Made by a program: the position numbers and the translations under genes
The notes under the pieces: generated by a model
Databases searched by the model: none
Told to the model about the DNA's origin: nothing
What the model saw: only the letters and a program-made list of their open reading frames with translations
In this document: positions 62,500-64,000 of the stretch, in pieces
Layout of the letters: each line of letters begins with the position of its first letter
Position numbering within the stretch: position 1 is the first letter of the stretch
From: Anthoceros angustus
Taxonomy: Eukaryota; Plantae; Anthocerotophyta
Length of the DNA stretch: 64,000 nt
Direction: 5' to 3'
NCBI GenBank assembly: GCA_010909165.1
Contig: MU008188.1
Span: 62,001 to 126,000, forward strand

Positions 62500-64000
62500 G
62501 GCACCGCAAGCACCAAGAATGAGTCAAGCTCAAGGCTCCTCGCCGAAGGCAATTGCAATTGGTGTGGTGTCGCCGCCATTGGGCACGTGATGCTACGTAA
62601 AGAAATCGGTGAACCATGTAACCACGGATTGGCGCTGTACCGCTAGTGTCCCGTGAAGGACAAAGTCGGCCGAACACTCGAAAGCAACGCTAAAATAGAC
62701 ACGCTCATCGAGCTCATTACATGCTTGATGGTGGGTGGTACCGATCTGTGAGCTACCGCCTAATATCTCAGAATGAAAGAGCACAATTCTTTGTGTTGAT
62801 CTTTCCCCCGAAAGAACGAGTTTTACTTGGGATGAGTGTAACAAAACTAGCTTGCCACATTCTCGGGACGGGCATTTGTAAGTTTCCACTTCTGGTACTG
62901 CGTTTCTAACTTTGAACCCGTGTTATATGTACCTCGATGGCAAGAACCTCCCATTCATGAGCAAAAGTTAATGGGACAACGACTTTTGAGATGAAAGCTA
63001 CAACGATGGTTGTCGCTATGGTCAGCTGGTGCCCTTAAAATGTGTGTTGAGGGTATACCACGTGATTTATCTATATCGTCCGGACATCTCCTCAGAACCC
63101 ACTCTCGAGGCAGCTATTCCATGTGCCTCGCGCTGCTCTTCTTCAAATGGCCTCATTGTAGCATGCTGCCTAGGACATGCCAATGCATATGTTAATTGAT
63201 ATGTCCGTGAAAGGTTGCTGGGAGCCATTACCCAACTGCTTCAAAGACTTGCTGCTGATGTAGTCTTGTATTCAAGCGAAGCAGAGGGAGCTTCCTTTCC
63301 CGAAGAATGCTCACAGGCGTGACACACTCGATTAGTGCATGCGATATTTCTGGAAAGATTCACCAACCCTCTCTAGGAGGAGCCTTATACTACTTTCATA
63401 TCGACCGGATGACTATAGCTCAGACTCGGATATTCCCCATGCGCCTGGGGTGCGACACATTTTCACTCTTCAAGGATTGTTAAGCTGACCACCAGCCGAC
63501 AATCGTGTCAATTGCTCAAGGTCCCGAGGACCGATAATGGGATGTAGTTTGTGAATACTGCCACTTTTCTACAAGAGCGGGAAGGCAAGCTCATAGTCCC
63601 TTATACGCCCAACAATGTAAGGTGTTGCAGAACGCAAGAACCGGACTTCCGGGTGGCGACGCTAAGCATGCTCCATGGGTCAAGGCCTCGTGGTTATTGG
63701 GCAGGCCGAGTGTAGCCTACCTATGTCCCGAAGAAGCTCAACCCGCCTGCACTGTGTAAGACGCCGTATGAAGTTTTCTGGCGCAGGAAACCTAGCCTCT
63801 TGCACTGGAGTGGCTCCCCGCCTTTGCTTACATCCCCGCATAAGAGAAAGTTAGATTCCCGAGCCAAGAGGTTGATTTTTGTAGGCTACAGTGAACATGT
63901 TAAAGCTTACAAGTTGTATGATCCTGTCAATCAGACTATCACCTTGGCCAGGAGCGTTACCTTTATCGAGCCTTCACAGCTTTCAAATGATCTTCATTCG
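62500..64000 (+). mobile_element. Highly degenerate Ty1/Copia pol remnant (protease-integrase); continues off the window end
   Basis: Remnants LVH.DI.G (about 63330), DDYS, IPYTPQQ (63596), KTPYEVFW.RKP and KLDSRAKRLIFVGYSEHVKAYKLYDP (63845-63925). Left boundary approximate. Confidence 0.75.

Overview
Eukaryotic, repeat-rich land-plant DNA, probably from a non-seed lineage (inferred from the compact-intron CHASE kinase, PLS-type PPR relics and retroelement types). One recognisable host gene is present: an 11-exon CHASE-domain hybrid histidine kinase (cytokinin receptor, CRE1/AHK-like) at 19038-23794 (+). Exon 9 carries a cluster of single-base deletions that are either assembly errors or early pseudogenisation. 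Almost everything else is nested transposon material. There are Athila/Tat-like Ty3/Gypsy elements of two families with unusually long (3-4 kb) LTRs, including one complete 12.7-kb non-autonomous element with a perfect ATCTT target-site duplication. There are also fragments of a third Gypsy lineage, two Ty1/Copia elements, a TIR-bounded DNA insertion that splits a Copia gag in frame, and a degenerate PPR gene. A 683-bp N gap is followed by a bacterial-type GST fragment fused directly to plant Gypsy integrase sequence. Main observations: (1) a Gypsy protease followed by a C5 DNA-cytosine-methyltransferase motif-I relic (26515-26705), indicating a DNMT-carrying retrotransposon lineage; (2) a protein-coding ORF inside the U3 part of the long LTRs, conserved with mostly synonymous changes across several diverged copies; (3) the bacterial GST chimera at the contig end. 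Many coordinates in degenerate TE regions are approximate, and frequent 1-bp deletions suggest imperfectly polished long-read sequence.
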